Shown here: positions 54,892-64,000 of the stretch, piece after piece
Numbering within the stretch: the first letter of the stretch is position 1
How the letters are laid out: the number at the start of each line of letters is the position of its first letter
NCBI GenBank assembly: GCA_947586205.1
Contig: CANPXO010000002.1
Span: 397-64,396, forward strand
Origin: an uncultured Bacilli bacterium
GTDB taxonomy: Bacteria > Bacillota_I > Bacilli_A > RF39 > UBA660
Direction of reading: 5' to 3'
Length of the DNA stretch: 64,000 nucleotides
The notes under the pieces: generated by a model
Database searches by the model: none
Told to the model about the DNA's origin: nothing
The model's input: the letters and a program-made list of their open reading frames with translations, nothing else
Made by a program: the position numbers and the translations under genes

Positions 54892-56010
54892 ATGAAACTA
54901 TTAAAAGTAATTGCAAATAATTTCAAATTATGTGAAAAAAATTTTACCATTAATTTTATTCCTACTGCAAATAAGACAAAAGAGGATAAAGAATTTGAAT
55001 TACAAGAAATTGATGAAAATTTATTTACATTTAATACAATTGGAATTGTAGGAAAAAATGCTTCAGGGAAAACAACAACAGTTGAACTACTAAATTTAGT
55101 TTATAAAATGTTTTCAGAATTCCAAGTTGATATGGAAATGATAAAAGCTTATCAAGAACCTATAAATTTAAAAGTATACTTTTATCATGAAAAAAAATTA
55201 TATTATTATGTTACTGATTTAATAAAAGAAGAAAATGCTGGAGTTGTTTTTTTTGAAAATCAAAAAATTTTTCAAAGAAAATATCAAAAATCTTTAAGAA
55301 ATCTTTTTGACGATTCTACATATAAAGAAGTAGAAAGTGAATATAAACTTCCTGATAACATATCTAATCTATTTTTTATATTCCAAAAGATTCAAACAAG
55401 AGGAACATATTGCCAAAGCAATGATAATTACTATAAAAATTTTGCCAAAACTTATCAAATCTATAATTTGTTATATAAAAAGGCCGATTTAGTAAAATCC
55501 ATTTTAAAAATGTTAGATGAACATATTCATAATATCAAAAATTTAGAAGACAACAAATATCTTATTATTTATAAAGACAATACAGAAAAAGAAGTGAATA
55601 GCAAAGAACTTTATGAAGTTTTATCTAGTGGTACCTCTAAAGGATTAAGTTTATTTACTAATGTCGTATTTTCTTTACAAAGTGGATATGATTTAATTAT
55701 AGATGAAATAGAAAATCACTTTCACAAAGCTTTAGTAGAAAATCTGATTAATTTATATAAAGATAAATCAGTAAATAAAAAAAATGCAACTCTCATTTTT
55801 ACAACTCATTACTGTGAACTTCTAGATTTATTTACTAGAAATGACAATATTTATATTTGCAAATTTGATAAAAAGATAAGATTAGAAAATATGCATGAAA
55901 CTTATAACATTCGTCCTGAATTTTCCAAAAGCAATAAATATTATGAAAATTTCTTTGAAACCAATGTAGATTATGAAACATTGATGAATTTCAAGAAAGA
56001 TTTAATGTAG
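54892..56010 (+). CDS. ABC/SMC-type ATPase (AAA_21-like), candidate defence ATPase
   Basis: N-terminus LKVIANNFKL. Walker A GIVGKNASGKTTT. Signature-like LSSGTSKGLSL. Walker B DLIIDEIENHFH. H-loop LIFTTHY. Confidence 0.75.
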   Translation: MKLLKVIANNFKLCEKNFTINFIPTANKTKEDKEFELQEIDENLFTFNTIGIVGKNASGKTTTVELLNLVYKMFSEFQVDMEMIKAYQEPINLKVYFYHEKKLYYYVTDLIKEENAGVVFFENQKIFQRKYQKSLRNLFDDSTYKEVESEYKLPDNISNLFFIFQKIQTRGTYCQSNDNYYKNFAKTYQIYNLLYKKADLVKSILKMLDEHIHNIKNLEDNKYLIIYKDNTEKEVNSKELYEVLSSGTSKGLSLFTNVVFSLQSGYDLIIDEIENHFHKALVENLINLYKDKSVNKKNATLIFTTHYCELLDLFTRNDNIYICKFDKKIRLENMHETYNIRPEFSKSNKYYENFFETNVDYETLMNFKKDLM

Positions 56011-56012
56011 TA

Positions 56013-56537
56013 ATGAAATATTTAATAATGTGTGAAGGTACGAATGAAGAGGCTTTAATAAGTTTATTATTAGACAAAAATAAATTGAAATTTTCTAGAA
56101 GTGATTTAATTGGTTTAAAACCATATCATGCAAGACAGTTAACGCATCCTGTGATTATTACAGAACTAAAACATTACAATGGACCAACGACCATTCTAAG
56201 AATTGGTGATTCTCAAAAAGATGAATTAAAAATACCAAAAGATTTGCAACGAATTGTTTCAAAAAAGAATGTTATCAAATATTGTACAAAACCAGAACTA
56301 GAAATCTTATTAATAATAAATGAAAATGTTTTAAAAGATTATCAAAAATCAAAAATGCAGCCAAGCAAATATATAAAAAAATATTTTCATCAAAAGGGCA
56401 TAAATTATACAAAATCAAATGAGTTTTTTAAAGAGTATTATAAAAACATTCAAGATTTAATAAATAATTTAGAAGAATATAAACGTTTAAAAAAACACTC
56501 TAAAGATGAACTATATTTAGTAGATTTAATAAAATAA
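56013..56537 (+). CDS. RloB/TOPRIM-like small protein, partner of the ATPase
   Basis: MKYLIMCEGTNEEALI resembles the RloB/OLD TOPRIM start (ilIvcEGekTE). RIGDSQKDE is a candidate acidic site. KPELEILLIINE resembles the RloB NPcFElWlLLH motif. It starts 2 nt after the ATPase stop. Confidence 0.6.
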   Translation: MKYLIMCEGTNEEALISLLLDKNKLKFSRSDLIGLKPYHARQLTHPVIITELKHYNGPTTILRIGDSQKDELKIPKDLQRIVSKKNVIKYCTKPELEILLIINENVLKDYQKSKMQPSKYIKKYFHQKGINYTKSNEFFKEYYKNIQDLINNLEEYKRLKKHSKDELYLVDLIK

Positions 56538-56548
56538 AAAAGCTTAAC

Positions 56549-56779
56549 CTAATCTTTCGTAATGTGAGACTTAGGATAAGCTTCTTTTTTATCGGTTCGA
56601 TATAAAATATAATCGATACTTGTTTGATAATAATCAGCTAGTTTATTTAAAATATCTTCTGTTAAAGCGGTCATACCTGTTTCAAAATAACTGTAGTTGC
56701 GTTGAGTAATGCCTAAATCTTTGGCAATATCTTTTTGTAAAATATCTCTATCTTCTCTCATTTCCTTTAATCGGTTCAT
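56549..56779 (-). CDS. XRE-family helix-turn-helix regulator
   Basis: LKEMREDRDILQKDIAKDLGITQRNYSYFETGMTALTEDILNKLADYYQTSIDYILYRTD is a classical HTH_3. Transcribed divergently from 56873. Confidence 0.85.
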   Translation of the reverse strand: MNRLKEMREDRDILQKDIAKDLGITQRNYSYFETGMTALTEDILNKLADYYQTSIDYILYRTDKKEAYPKSHITKD

Positions 56780-56822
56780 TGTTTCTCACCAAGTATATTT
56801 AATCATAGATAAAAATTAACTA

Positions 56823-56851
56823 TTGAAGTTTAGACAAAATTTGTCTATAAT
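56823..56851 (+). promoter_or_regulatory. promoter TTGAAG-17-TATAAT with a 17-bp palindrome in the spacer
   Basis: TAGACAAA-a-TTTGTCTA (56831-56847) overlaps the -10 TATAAT (56846-51). Confidence 0.55.
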
Positions 56852-56872
56852 GAAAATAGAGTAGGTGGGAAC

Positions 56873-58222
56873 ATGAAACTAAAGAAATTTAAAGAAAGAA
56901 ATAATAAACAAATTGGAATTATTATATTTACGATAACTTGTATTTTGCTAGTCAGTGGAGTAATGCTTTATCGAACGTTTGCTATTTTTGAAGTAAAAAC
57001 AAATCAAAATGTGATTAAAGGAATAGTGCAAGATCCAGGAGATATTTACTTTGCTTATTATGTAGATGAAAAAATACAAAAAGAGATGCCTCAAAAAAAT
57101 GAAGGATATATATTAGATGAAGAAAAAAGTTACTGTGGAGAATTAGGATCAAAAGATGAGTCTATCATACCTACTTTAAATGAAGAAGATTGGTCTATTA
57201 CGGTAAAGGGAATGAAAACATCAAGAACAAAATGTAATTTATATTTTAGAGATTATTATAAAGTAAAAGTGAATGAAACAGAACATCAAGTACAAACGTC
57301 ATCTAGTGATTTAAAGATAGAAAAAGCAGGGAATATATTATTATGCAATAATGGAATAACAGCAAAAGAAGAAAATAATGAAATTCATTTAAGTAATATC
57401 ACAAAAGATAGTACTTGTAGATTTTATGATACATCAAATAATGCACTTGATAAGATAGATAATACTAAAAATTACATATTATTTTTAAATGATGAAAGTA
57501 TACAAAGTACTATGACTATCCCAGAAACAAAAGAAGTTACCATTGATTTAAATGGACATACAAAAAATGGAACTATAAGTAATTCAGGTATTCTTTATTT
57601 AAAATCTAGCAAAGAGGATAAAGGAATAATAAATGGCATAATCATGACTTATAGTAATTCTCATACAGAAATTGAAAATTTAAAATTAATAAATACAAGT
57701 AATCACACTATACGGGCTAATGATCAATCATATATGAAATTAGAAAATGTTGACCTAGAAAATACATCCTCTAGCACAGTTTGTGGAGTATTTACTTCTG
57801 AAACAGGCAAATTAGAAATAATTAATTCAAATATGAGAGCACCTTATGGAATCGGTGGAAATGGTGGCAATATACTAGTGAAAGACTCAAAAATTACTAC
57901 AACATTGCTAGTTGGAATTCAGACTAATGTTGATCACGTTGGCAACGTAGTAATATCTGGGAATACAACTATTACTGGTAATACATATGGAATATTAATA
58001 TATCAAGGAACTTTAGAGTTAAATGGTTCAATAGAAAATTATCCAATAATAAAAGGATTAGAACAAACTGGAATAAGTCTTGTTTATGGAATATTTAATT
58101 ATCAGTACGGTGAAATTTATGGAAAGCTAACAATCAATATAAAAGGTGCAACATTAACTAGACAAGGCACTACTTTAACTACAGAAAACCAGGCTGGAAT
58201 GTATCATACATTTTTACAATAA
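56873..58222 (+). CDS. membrane-anchored surface protein: family N-module + parallel beta-helix-like repeats
   Basis: The N-terminal ~285 aa is close to 30487. Central repeats (LEIINSNMRAPYGIGGNGGNILVKDSKITTT, VVISGNTTITGNTYGILIYQGTLELNG). C-tail LTRQGTTLTTENQAGMYHTFLQ. Confidence 0.75.
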   Translation: MKLKKFKERNNKQIGIIIFTITCILLVSGVMLYRTFAIFEVKTNQNVIKGIVQDPGDIYFAYYVDEKIQKEMPQKNEGYILDEEKSYCGELGSKDESIIPTLNEEDWSITVKGMKTSRTKCNLYFRDYYKVKVNETEHQVQTSSSDLKIEKAGNILLCNNGITAKEENNEIHLSNITKDSTCRFYDTSNNALDKIDNTKNYILFLNDESIQSTMTIPETKEVTIDLNGHTKNGTISNSGILYLKSSKEDKGIINGIIMTYSNSHTEIENLKLINTSNHTIRANDQSYMKLENVDLENTSSSTVCGVFTSETGKLEIINSNMRAPYGIGGNGGNILVKDSKITTTLLVGIQTNVDHVGNVVISGNTTITGNTYGILIYQGTLELNGSIENYPIIKGLEQTGISLVYGIFNYQYGEIYGKLTINIKGATLTRQGTTLTTENQAGMYHTFLQ

Positions 58223-58314
58223 TCTAAAATTGCACAGCAAAATTGTCTAAAACCGCACAGTAAAATCATCTAAAGTTGCACAACAAAATTGTCTAAAGTT
58301 GCACAACGGAAAAG
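58223..58314 (+). repeat. four tandem 23-bp direct repeats abutting a promoter
   Basis: TCTAAAATTGCACAGCAAAATTG / TCTAAAACCGCACAGTAAAATCA / TCTAAAGTTGCACAACAAAATTG / TCTAAAGTTGCACAACGGAAAAG, followed by TGaTATAAT (58319-27). Confidence 0.75.
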
Positions 58315-58354
58315 AATGTGATATAATTTCAACATAGAAAAGACGGTGAAACAT

Positions 58355-59644
58355 ATGTCATTAAAAAGAGATGGTTATCAAGAAAGACTAATCGATAAAC
58401 TGATTGATGAAGATTTAAAATTGTTCGGAGCCATATCTATTGAAGGCCCAAAATGGTGTGGAAAAACATGGACATCGTTAAATCATGCAAATTCAGGTGT
58501 ATATTTAGACGATAGTACAGAAAATTTTGATAAACGCGAAAAAGCAAAAATGGATGTCTCCTTAATATTAAATGAAGAACCACCAGAATTAATAGATGAA
58601 TGGGGAGAAGTTCCAGAAATATGGGATGCAGTAAGACATAAATGTGATGAAGATACAAAAAAAGGAAAATATATTTTAACAGAATCTACGACTTTAAGAA
58701 AAAGTGAAGATGAAGATAAAATACATCATTCTGGTGCTGGAAGAATAAATCGAATAAAAATGTACTCTATGAGTCTATATGAATCTCAAGATTCTATGGG
58801 TGAAGCTTCCCTTCAAGCTTTATTTGATGGAACTCAAAAAAATAAATCAACTAAAAAAACATCATTCGAAAAATTAGCGGTCCTAATTGTAAGAGGTGGA
58901 TGGCCAGAAAACAAAGATACAGAAGATCATCTAGTTTATAGAATGCCAAAAAGTTATTTAAAGGCCGTATTAGATTTTGATATAGATAAAGATGGAATAA
59001 AAAGAGACCGAATGAAAATGGAAATGCTTATAAAATCATTAGCGCGTAATGAAAGCACAGTAGTGAGTAATGCCACATTAATATCAGATATTGAAGATTA
59101 TACTACAGATAAAAATTATCAGTTATCAAGAAATACGATTGCTGATTATCTAAACGTTTTGCAAAAATTAAATTTAATTGAAAACCAAGAAGCTTATAGT
59201 TTAAATTTAAGAAGCAAATCGGTAGTGGGAAAATCTCAAAAAAGACACTTTACTGACCCTTCTTTAGCCTGCGCCGCATTAGATATTAATCCTGAAAAGC
59301 TTATGAATGATATAAAAACATTTGGACTTTTCTTTGAAGCTTTAGTAGAAAGAGATTTAAGAATATACATAGAATATCTAGAAGGAAAACTATATCACTA
59401 TCGTGATTCTAATGGATTAGAGGTAGATGCCATAGTAGAACTTCCAAGTGGAGACTATGGAGCTATAGAAATTAAATTAGGACCAAATGAAATTGAAAGT
59501 GCCAAACAAAATCTTTTGAGATTCTCTAAAGAAGTCAAAAAAGAGCCAACATTCATGTGTATTATATGTGGTTTATGGAAAGATGTAGTGAAAGACCCAG
59601 AAACAGGAATTTATATTTTACCTATCACAGCTTTAAAACCATAA
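58355..59644 (+). CDS. AAA+ ATPase of the AAA_14/DUF4143 (COG1373) type
   Basis: Walker A EGPKWCGKTW, Walker B LIDEWGEV, and a DUF4143-like C-terminal half. ATG at 58355 follows GACGGTGA. Confidence 0.7.
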   Translation: MSLKRDGYQERLIDKLIDEDLKLFGAISIEGPKWCGKTWTSLNHANSGVYLDDSTENFDKREKAKMDVSLILNEEPPELIDEWGEVPEIWDAVRHKCDEDTKKGKYILTESTTLRKSEDEDKIHHSGAGRINRIKMYSMSLYESQDSMGEASLQALFDGTQKNKSTKKTSFEKLAVLIVRGGWPENKDTEDHLVYRMPKSYLKAVLDFDIDKDGIKRDRMKMEMLIKSLARNESTVVSNATLISDIEDYTTDKNYQLSRNTIADYLNVLQKLNLIENQEAYSLNLRSKSVVGKSQKRHFTDPSLACAALDINPEKLMNDIKTFGLFFEALVERDLRIYIEYLEGKLYHYRDSNGLEVDAIVELPSGDYGAIEIKLGPNEIESAKQNLLRFSKEVKKEPTFMCIICGLWKDVVKDPETGIYILPITALKP

Positions 59645-59953
59645 CACTGAAAAAGACATATTTTCGTGGAAATATAAGAAAGGTATATCGAAAATGTATC
59701 TGTTTTAGATTTTCTATATTTCTATAAATAAGTAAGATACAGTTTAATTCATCAGACGGTGTCTGATGAATCTTAATAAGTTTAAAAGTATACTAGATTT
59801 GTACGCTGGTGAAGGGTAGTTTGACATAAATATAATTTTGTGACACATTATTTATGCAAGGAAAAAATGTTAAATCATTTTTGTATGGGGTCTATTTTAG
59901 GATAAACCCTTATTTTTAAACGTCAATCATTTTAAACTACATCAAATTTGTAC

Positions 59954-59982
59954 TTGACAAGCATATAATGAAATGATAAGAT
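59954..59982 (+). promoter_or_regulatory. str-operon promoter TTGACA-17-TGaTAAGAT
   Basis: Hexamers are at 59954-59 and 59977-82. Two leader hairpins follow (TTGATTT..AAATCAA and AAGGTTT..AAACCTT). Confidence 0.55.
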
Positions 59983-60078
59983 ATCATTGATTTTTAAATC
60001 AAGGTTTTACTTCGGTGAAACCTTATTTAAAGAAATGTTTGATACACCAGGATGTGTGTAAATGAGAAAGGAGAAAAT

Positions 60079-60492
60079 ATGGCTACAATTAATCAACTTG
60101 TTAAAAAAGGTAGAAGTAAAAAAACAAGAAAGAGTAAAAGCCCAGTTTTGAACGTAGGATACAATACAATTGAAAGAAAACAAACCAATACATATAGTCC
60201 TCAAAAACGTGGAGTTTGTACTCGTGTAGGAACAAAAACACCAAAAAAACCGAACTCAGCATTACGTAAATATGCCCGTGTAAGATTATCAAATGGAAGA
60301 GAAGTCGATACTTATATTCCAGGAGAAGGACACAACTTACAAGAGCACAGCGTAGTATTAGTTCGTGGAGGACGTGTGAAAGACTTAATCGGTGTACGTT
60401 ATCACATTGTTCGTGGAACACTTGATACTCAAGGTGTTGCAAAACGTATGCAAGGACGTAGTAAATACGGTGCTAAAAAACCAAAAAAATAA
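60079..60492 (+). CDS. rpsL: 30S ribosomal protein S12
   Basis: [12 protein letters not shown]..., [51 protein letters not shown] at 60079 follows AAAGGAG. Confidence 0.97.
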   Translation: MATINQLVKKGRSKKTRKSKSPVLNVGYNTIERKQTNTYSPQKRGVCTRVGTKTPKKPNSALRKYARVRLSNGREVDTYIPGEGHNLQEHSVVLVRGGRVKDLIGVRYHIVRGTLDTQGVAKRMQGRSKYGAKKPKK

Positions 60493-60510
60493 TAGAAGGA
60501 GGAAAAAAGT

Positions 60511-60978
60511 ATGCGTAAAAGAAGAGCAGAAAAAAGAGACGTTTTACCAGATGCGATATATAATTCCAAAGTTGTTACTAAACTTATGAATCAAATTATG
60601 TTAGATGGTAAAAAAGGAACAGCTCAAAAAATTCTTTATGAAGCTTTTGATATCGTAAACAAAAAAACAGGACGTCCTGCAATTGAAGTTTATACAGAAG
60701 CACTAGAGAATATTAAGCCAGCACTTGAAGTAAAATCACGTCGTGTTGGTGGAAGTAACTATCAAGTTCCAATTGAAGTAAGCGATGAGAGAAGTCAAAC
60801 ACTTGCTTTAAGATGGCTTGTAAATTATGCAAAAACAAGAAGTGGAAAAGGTATGGCTACAAAGTTAGCTAATGAAATTATAGATGCTGCTAACGGTACA
60901 GGTGGAGCAGTTAAAAAACGTGAGGATACTCACAAAATGGCAGAAGCAAATAAGGCTTTCGCACATTACAGATGGTAG
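60511..60978 (+). CDS. rpsG: 30S ribosomal protein S7
   Basis: [32 protein letters not shown]...[15 protein letters not shown]. Confidence 0.97.
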   Translation: MRKRRAEKRDVLPDAIYNSKVVTKLMNQIMLDGKKGTAQKILYEAFDIVNKKTGRPAIEVYTEALENIKPALEVKSRRVGGSNYQVPIEVSDERSQTLALRWLVNYAKTRSGKGMATKLANEIIDAANGTGGAVKKREDTHKMAEANKAFAHYRW

Positions 60979-60990
60979 GAGGGCAAAAAT

Positions 60991-63066
60991 ATGGCAAGAG
61001 ATGTTACAATTGATAAAATTAGAAACATAGGAATTATGGCTCATATTGATGCCGGAAAAACAACTACAACAGAAAGAATTCTATTCCATACAGGAAAAAT
61101 TCATAAAATTGGAGAGACTCATGATGGAGCTTCTCAAATGGACTGGATGGAACAAGAAAAAGAAAGAGGTATCACGATTACTTCAGCTGCAACTACAGCT
61201 CATTGGAAAGGATATCGATTAAATATTATTGATACCCCAGGTCACGTAGACTTCACCGTAGAAGTTTCAAGATCATTAAGAGTATTAGATGGTGCAGTTG
61301 CCCTTCTAGATGCTCAAGCTGGAGTAGAACCTCAAACAGAAACAGTTTGGAGACAAGCAGATGAATTCAAAGTTCCAAGACTTATTATGTGTAACAAAAT
61401 GGCTAAGTTAGGAGCAGATTTTGCATATAGTCTTGAGACCATTTCTAAAAGATTAGGTGCAAATGCCAAACCTATTGAATGGCCTATTGGAGCTGAAAAT
61501 GAATTTAATGGAGTTATCGATTTAGTAACTATGAAAGCTTATCATTATGATGGTAAAGAAGAAGAAAATGCTACTGAAATTGAAATTCCAGAAGATTTAA
61601 AAGCAATCGCTGAAGAAAAAAGAGCAGATTTAATTGAATCTGTTGTTGAATTTGATGATGCTTTAATGGAAAAATATTTAAATGGTGAAGAATTAAGTAT
61701 TGAAGAAATTAAGAGTGCAATCCGTAAAGGAACTCTTGCAGTAAAATTCTTCCCAGTACTTTGTGGAGATGCTTTATCAAATAAAGGTATCAAATTATTA
61801 TTAGATGCTGTTATTGATTACATGCCAGCTCCAACAGATATCGAAGCTATTGAATGTTTTGATCCAAAGACAGGAGAAGACGTCTTCCGTCATCCAAGTG
61901 ATTCAGAACCATTCACAGCATTAGCATTCAAAATTATGACAGACCCTTTTGTAGGACGTTTAGCTTTCTTCCGTGTCTATTCAGGACATTTAGCAAGTGG
62001 CTCTTATGTACTTAATAGTACAAAGGGTGAAAAAGAAAGAATTGGACGTATCTTACAAATGCATGCCAATAATCGTACAGAAATTTCTGAAGTTTACTGT
62101 GGTGAGATTGCTGCAGCAGTAGGACTTAAAAATACAACAACAGCAGATACATTATGTGATGAAAAAAATCCTGTTATCATGAAAGGTATGGAATTCCCTT
62201 TACCTGTTATTGATGAGGCTATTGAACCAAAATCAAAAGCAGACCAAGAAAAGTTAGGAATTGCTTTACAAAAATTAGCAGAAGAAGACCCAACATTTAA
62301 GTATAAAACAGACCCAGAAACTGGACAAACGGTTATCAGTGGTATGGGAGAATTACATCTAGAAGTTTTAGTACGTCGTATGAAAGATGAATTTAATGTC
62401 GAAGCCAACATTGGTAGACCTCAAGTTGCATATCGTGAAACCATTAAACAAATGGGTGAATGTGAAGGTAAATACATTAAACAATCTGGTGGACGTGGAC
62501 AATATGGACATGTTTGGGTTCGTTTTGAACCAAATCCTGAAAAAGGATATGAATTCGTGGATGCAATCGTTGGTGGAGTTGTTCCTCGTGAATACATTCC
62601 AGTAACAGATAAAGGATTACAAGAAGCTATGGCTGGTGGTATTTTAGCCGGATACCCAATGGTAGATGTTAAAGCTACATTATTTGATGGTTCTTACCAT
62701 GATGTAGACTCATCAGAAATGGCATTCAAAATTGCTGCATCTATGGCTTTGAAAGAAGCTAAAAATAAATGTAATCCAGTATTACTTGAACCAATAATGA
62801 AGGTAAGTGTAACTGTACCAGATGAATATATGGGTAATGTTATGGGAGACTTAACAAGTCGTCGTGGACGTCCACTTGGACAAGAATCTCGTGGAAATGC
62901 CTTACAAATCACAGCTATGGTTCCACTTGCAGAAATGTTTGGTTATGCAACGACTTTACGTTCTAATACACAAGGTCGTGGAAACTTCGTAATGGAATTA
63001 GACCACTATGAAGAAGTTCCAAAATCAATCGCTGAAGAAATTATTAAGAAAAACAGCGTTAATTAA
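60991..63066 (+). CDS. fusA: elongation factor G
   Basis: [35 protein letters not shown]. 691 aa. Confidence 0.97.
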   Translation: MARDVTIDKIRNIGIMAHIDAGKTTTTERILFHTGKIHKIGETHDGASQMDWMEQEKERGITITSAATTAHWKGYRLNIIDTPGHVDFTVEVSRSLRVLDGAVALLDAQAGVEPQTETVWRQADEFKVPRLIMCNKMAKLGADFAYSLETISKRLGANAKPIEWPIGAENEFNGVIDLVTMKAYHYDGKEEENATEIEIPEDLKAIAEEKRADLIESVVEFDDALMEKYLNGEELSIEEIKSAIRKGTLAVKFFPVLCGDALSNKGIKLLLDAVIDYMPAPTDIEAIECFDPKTGEDVFRHPSDSEPFTALAFKIMTDPFVGRLAFFRVYSGHLASGSYVLNSTKGEKERIGRILQMHANNRTEISEVYCGEIAAAVGLKNTTTADTLCDEKNPVIMKGMEFPLPVIDEAIEPKSKADQEKLGIALQKLAEEDPTFKYKTDPETGQTVISGMGELHLEVLVRRMKDEFNVEANIGRPQVAYRETIKQMGECEGKYIKQSGGRGQYGHVWVRFEPNPEKGYEFVDAIVGGVVPREYIPVTDKGLQEAMAGGILAGYPMVDVKATLFDGSYHDVDSSEMAFKIAASMALKEAKNKCNPVLLEPIMKVSVTVPDEYMGNVMGDLTSRRGRPLGQESRGNALQITAMVPLAEMFGYATTLRSNTQGRGNFVMELDHYEEVPKSIAEEIIKKNSVN

Positions 63067-63132
63067 AAATAATACTTGAATTTATTTCAAGCATTAGATA
63101 AAATAGAATAAGTGAAAGGAGAAAAAAACAAA

Positions 63133-64000
63133 ATGGCAAAAGAAAAATTTGACCGTTCAAAAGAACACGTTAATATTGGTACCATTGGACACGTAGACCA
63201 TGGTAAAACCACATTAACAGCTGCAATTACAAAATTATTTGGACACTATGTTGCATATGAAGATATCGACAAAGCTCCAGAAGAAAGAGAAAGAGGTATT
63301 ACAATCAATACTGCTCACGTTGAGTATGAGACTGAAAAACGTCACTATGCTCACGTTGACTGTCCAGGACATGCCGATTATGTTAAAAACATGATTACAG
63401 GTGCTGCTCAAATGGATGGAGCTATCCTTGTAGTATCTGCTGCAGATGGCCCTATGCCTCAAACAAGAGAGCATATCCTATTATCTCGTCAAGTTGGAGT
63501 TCCTAAAATCGTTGTTTACATGAACAAATGTGACCAAGTAGATGACCCAGAACTACTTGACTTAGTAGAAATGGAAATTCGTGAATTATTAGGAGAATAT
63601 GATTTTGATTCAGATTGTCCTATCATTCGTGGATCTGCATTAAAGGCTCTTGAAGGAGACCCTGATGCTGAACAATCTATTCGTGACTTAATGAAAGCAG
63701 TTGACGAATACATTCCATCTCCACAACGTGAAACTGACAAACCATTCTTAATGAGTATTGAAGACGTTTTCACAATTTCTGGACGTGGTACTGTTGTTAC
63801 AGGCCGTGTAGAACGTGGAAAATTAAACCTTAACGACGAAGTTGAAATCGTTGGTCTAAGAGACACAAAGAAAACTGTTGTTACAGGTATTGAAATGTTC
63901 CGTAAATCACTAGACTTTGCTCAAGCTGGTGACAATGCAGGTGTTCTATTACGTGGTATTGCTCGTGAAGAAGTAGAACGTGGACAAGTTCTTGCTAAAC
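63133..64000 (+). CDS. tuf: elongation factor Tu (5' part; runs off the right edge)
   Basis: It is absent from the ORF track because no stop lies within the window. ATG at 63133 gives [58 protein letters not shown]. Confidence 0.96.
   Translation, partial: MAKEKFDRSKEHVNIGTIGHVDHGKTTLTAAITKLFGHYVAYEDIDKAPEERERGITINTAHVEYETEKRHYAHVDCPGHADYVKNMITGAAQMDGAILVVSAADGPMPQTREHILLSRQVGVPKIVVYMNKCDQVDDPELLDLVEMEIRELLGEYDFDSDCPIIRGSALKALEGDPDAEQSIRDLMKAVDEYIPSPQRETDKPFLMSIEDVFTISGRGTVVTGRVERGKLNLNDEVEIVGLRDTKKTVVTGIEMFRKSLDFAQAGDNAGVLLRGIAREEVERGQVLAK

Noticed and set aside
58223-58314. Possible CRISPR-like array (regular short repeats)
   Set aside because: The 23-bp units are directly adjacent with no spacers. 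There are only four copies and no cas genes in the window. This is an iteron or operator-type tandem repeat, not a CRISPR array.
59747-59771. Perfect 11-bp palindrome ATTCATCAGAC-ggt-GTCTGATGAAT in the spacer before the str operon
   Set aside because: It has no adjacent T-run on either strand, so it is not a clear terminator. It occurs only once, with no nearby gene to regulate. It is noted but there is too little context to interpret it.
1-64000. Possibility of Mollicutes-type genetic code (UGA = Trp), given the AT-richness
   Set aside because: Long housekeeping ORFs are intact under code 11. Several genes end in TGA (for example 7212-7214 and 1108-1110 in the prfB site). RF2, which reads UGA, is present with its UGA-dependent frameshift.

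Overview
AT-rich (about 30% G+C by eye, not computed) low-GC Bacillota-type chromosome segment using the standard genetic code: TGA is used as a stop and RF2 (prfB) is present with its UGA frameshift site. Nearly all genes are on the + strand. The backbone is origin-proximal housekeeping synteny: prfB, tilS-ftsH, parA-parB, mscS-like, DUF951-ychF, typA, rlmB-sigH-like, gpmI, rpsF-ssb-rpsR, rplI-dnaB, M23 peptidase-walJ-like-rlmH, ung, and rpsL-rpsG-fusA-tuf (tuf runs off the right edge). No rRNA, tRNA, CRISPR array, transposase or integrase was seen. Accessory material sits between these blocks, and five items stand out. (1) A four-member cassette family at 9.3-11.5 kb, 28.5-30.2 kb, 30.2-31.9 kb and 56.5-58.2 kb. 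Each cassette has a small divergently transcribed DNA-binding gene (XRE x3, RHH x1), a palindrome inside the shared promoter, and a membrane-anchored protein. That protein has a conserved, unrecognised N-terminal module and a variable C-terminus (parallel beta-helix-like in three, FGE/SUMF1-like in one). A decayed regulator fragment at 8.87 kb marks a lost or rearranged copy. (2) A single 577-aa gene is inserted between gpmI and rpsF. It is bracketed by two copies of the gpmI 3' end plus the rpsF promoter -35 box, and the copies differ only by synonymous changes. (3) An ABC-type ATPase and a 174-aa RloB/TOPRIM-like protein form an AbiL/PARIS-like candidate defence pair at 54.9-56.5 kb. (4) An 895-bp ORF-free divergent intergenic region (41.3-42.2 kb) contains a ~500-bp tandem duplication of a multi-hairpin element with phased A-tracts. 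(5) Several promoter-proximal tandem direct repeats and twin palindromes are present. All motif calls come from reading the translations. No database search was possible. Hand-counted coordinates of short sites may be off by 1-2 nt.
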